Source of the DNA: Thermoplasmata archaeon
Lineage (GTDB): Archaea > Thermoplasmatota > Thermoplasmata > Thermoplasmatales > GCA-001856825
Assembly: GCA_021831005.1 (NCBI GenBank)
Contig: JAKBNO010000022.1
Coordinates: 1-34,015, forward strand
DNA: 34,015 bases
Direction: 5' to 3'
In this document: one piece after another, positions 32,722 through 34,015 of the stretch
Layout: every line of letters begins with the position of its first letter
Position numbering within the stretch: position 1 is the stretch's first letter
The notes under the pieces: model-generated
What the model saw: only the letters and a program-made list of their open reading frames with translations
The model's database searches: none
Told to the model about the DNA's origin: nothing
Made by a program: the position numbers and the translations under genes

Positions 32722-33462
32722 ATGGGTGCCAGAAATCATTCTTATACAGCATTTAAGAAAGAATTCGAGCGGTTCGTTGGTCGCAGCGTCCACTCTCAAT
32801 CTTTCTGCAAAATAATTAACAAAGCAGTTTCGTCTAAACTGATATGGAAGAAGAGTAAAGATATGAGAGCGGTTTATGAAAAGGAGCCAGACCCTAAGTT
32901 GGACGAAGAAATGAAATTCGAAAAATTTGCAATTCATTACGACTTTTCAAGACCAAGAGGAATCATAAGAATTTCCGCTTTCTTAGAAGTTATCAACACC
33001 AGTAGGCTTACCGTCGACAGAATACCCTTCTACATACCTTACGGGATTGTGAATTCAACGGACGAATTACACCTTAAGTTGAGCAGTGAGGACGGCATAA
33101 TTCCCAAGAGAAATTTGAAGATACTAATCAGCGACGCCTCGGAAACCATAGTTTCAATCTCATTACTGAGAGGTTTGAAATTCAACGAGCAAGAATTTGT
33201 TTCTGCAATTTATGAAATTCCTAAAGAAAACAACACCATTAGACTGGTGGCCAAAGCAAACATTGGACTGTTGAGAATGGGCATTTCACTGAATGACTCA
33301 AGTAAAGTAGAGACTGTTAGAATTTTGGTCGACGGAGCAAAGGAAGAAGTTTACGCATTCCAACATAACTGTGATCACCCTAACCAAAACATTTGCCATT
33401 ATTCGGAATTCGAAGGTATACTGAAGGGAGAATGCATATCTGGGAGACTTAAGAAAGGCTGA
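32722..33462 (+). CDS. Hypothetical protein: possible winged-helix N-terminus plus a beta-rich C-terminal domain of about 180 aa; 5' end uncertain
   Basis: The ORF is open from 32539, but its first 61 codons are antisense to the IS remnant, so a conservative ATG start at 32722 is used. The segment EFERFVGRSVHSQSFCKIINKAVSSKLIWKK looks like a wHTH recognition helix plus wing. See the finding on a possible frameshift. Confidence 0.5.
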   Translation: MGARNHSYTAFKKEFERFVGRSVHSQSFCKIINKAVSSKLIWKKSKDMRAVYEKEPDPKLDEEMKFEKFAIHYDFSRPRGIIRISAFLEVINTSRLTVDRIPFYIPYGIVNSTDELHLKLSSEDGIIPKRNLKILISDASETIVSISLLRGLKFNEQEFVSAIYEIPKENNTIRLVAKANIGLLRMGISLNDSSKVETVRILVDGAKEEVYAFQHNCDHPNQNICHYSEFEGILKGECISGRLKKG

Positions 33463-33639
33463 ACTATTTCTAAATAATTTAGTTCTGGAATTCAATTGCT
33501 GAAAGCGCCTCTAAAGTTAACTCTAGTGTTATTAAGAAAACAGCTACCTGAGAAAAGAGGAGTTATATGCAAAGTTGAGTTCGGGACCATCGACTTTGAA
33601 AATGCCCCAAGAAGCATTTATTCAATACCCAGTCTTGAG

Positions 33640-34015
33640 TTATGACCTCCATACCATAAGTAAAGTGAAGTTGAAGGTCAAAGATGCTGTTCCCATATTG
33701 TAAACATAAAGTTCGAAATTTGGCAACGTAACAGGGGGTCCCCACGCGGCCCCCTGGGAATAGGGAGACGTCATAGAGTAGGTGACATTTTGAATTGTGT
33801 TTGTACCATTGCCATTCACGACCCCATTAATGGATGCGGTTGGTAGAAACACAATGGTAGTATTGTTAGATGGGTTTATGTAATGGGTTAATTGCCGATA
33901 TTCATGACCTGGAACGGTTATTGTTGCGTTGTACGCGAGAAAATCATAGTGTATTCCATAAGCAGTCTTTATCCACGATAAGAGTAGATTCAGCTTTGAA
34001 TAATTGCCATTTTCT
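33640..34015 (-). CDS. C-terminal part of an Asn/Thr-rich, probably extracellular glycoprotein (5' end outside the window)
   Basis: The minus-strand frame is open from the window edge to the TAA at 33640. It reads ENGNYSKLNLLLSWIKTAYGIHYDFLAYNATITVPGHEYRQLTHYINPSNNTTIVFLPTASINGVVNGNGTNTIQNVTYSMTSPYSQGAAWGPPVTLPNFELYVYNMGTASLTFNFTLLMVWRS. The ORF track lists only the part from an internal GTG. Confidence 0.5.
   Translation of the reverse strand, partial: ENGNYSKLNLLLSWIKTAYGIHYDFLAYNATITVPGHEYRQLTHYINPSNNTTIVFLPTASINGVVNGNGTNTIQNVTYSMTSPYSQGAAWGPPVTLPNFELYVYNMGTASLTFNFTLLMVWRS

Noticed and set aside
32512-32937. The 141-aa minus-strand ORF taken as a complete gene.
   Set aside because: Only its C-terminal roughly 55 aa (LDNTGRDR...DPGHEKH) look transposase-like. 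The upstream part overlaps the plus-strand hypothetical gene and shows no convincing IS5 N-terminal similarity, so it is treated as part of the pseudogene rather than an intact CDS.
1-34015. Search for CRISPR arrays, tandem repeats, tRNA genes and defence-system gene sets (restriction-modification, toxin-antitoxin, Argonaute, retron-like).
   Set aside because: Reading the intergenic regions, I found no regularly spaced direct repeats and no cloverleaf-compatible sequence. All large ORFs have ordinary metabolic or housekeeping motif content. The single methyltransferase (22293-22907) is a small-molecule/O-methyltransferase type with no nuclease partner.

Overview
This 34-kb chromosomal segment reads as an archaeon, most plausibly of the Thermoplasmata/Thermoplasmatales type. 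The supporting signs are RadB, a FEN-1 with a C-terminal PIP box, a type-2 methionine aminopeptidase, a stand-alone archaeal-type 5S rRNA and an alkyltransferase-endonuclease V fusion. Genes are densely packed with 1-50 nt overlaps, several starts are GTG/TTG, and AT-rich TATA-like boxes sit about 25-30 nt upstream of start codons. Coding density is about 90 percent. I recognised no CRISPR array and no tRNA by eye.

Content in order:
- A serine-biosynthesis operon: class V aminotransferase, SerA and DUF1015.
- An MscS channel, an aldehyde dehydrogenase and an MFS transporter.
- An accessory-looking glycan/amino-sugar utilisation island at about 7.9-18 kb. It holds GH4, a PHP phosphoesterase, a six-hairpin glycosidase-like protein, a nitrilase-superfamily protein with Ser in place of the catalytic Cys, a GlmS-isomerase-only SIS protein, GH1, an LmbE/PIG-L deacetylase and a GPH symporter.
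- PhzF-family, Cys/Met PLP enzyme, GT4 glycosyltransferase and SAM methyltransferase genes.
- A tightly overlapped ThiI - RNase Z - alkyltransferase/EndoV - TruA operon.
- MarC, Sua5/TsaC and Map.
- A minus-strand run of 5S rRNA - HAD phosphatase - RadB - FEN-1 - Tmk.
- A decayed IS5-family transposase remnant abutting a possibly frameshifted wHTH-like gene.
- The 3' end of a sequon-rich surface-protein gene running off the window.

I see no defence system, prophage or clearly new multi-gene machine. The best candidate for undescribed biology is the glycan island, especially its Cys-to-Ser nitrilase-like gene and the unassigned glycosidase-like gene. All family assignments rest on motif reading by eye and need HMM or structure confirmation.
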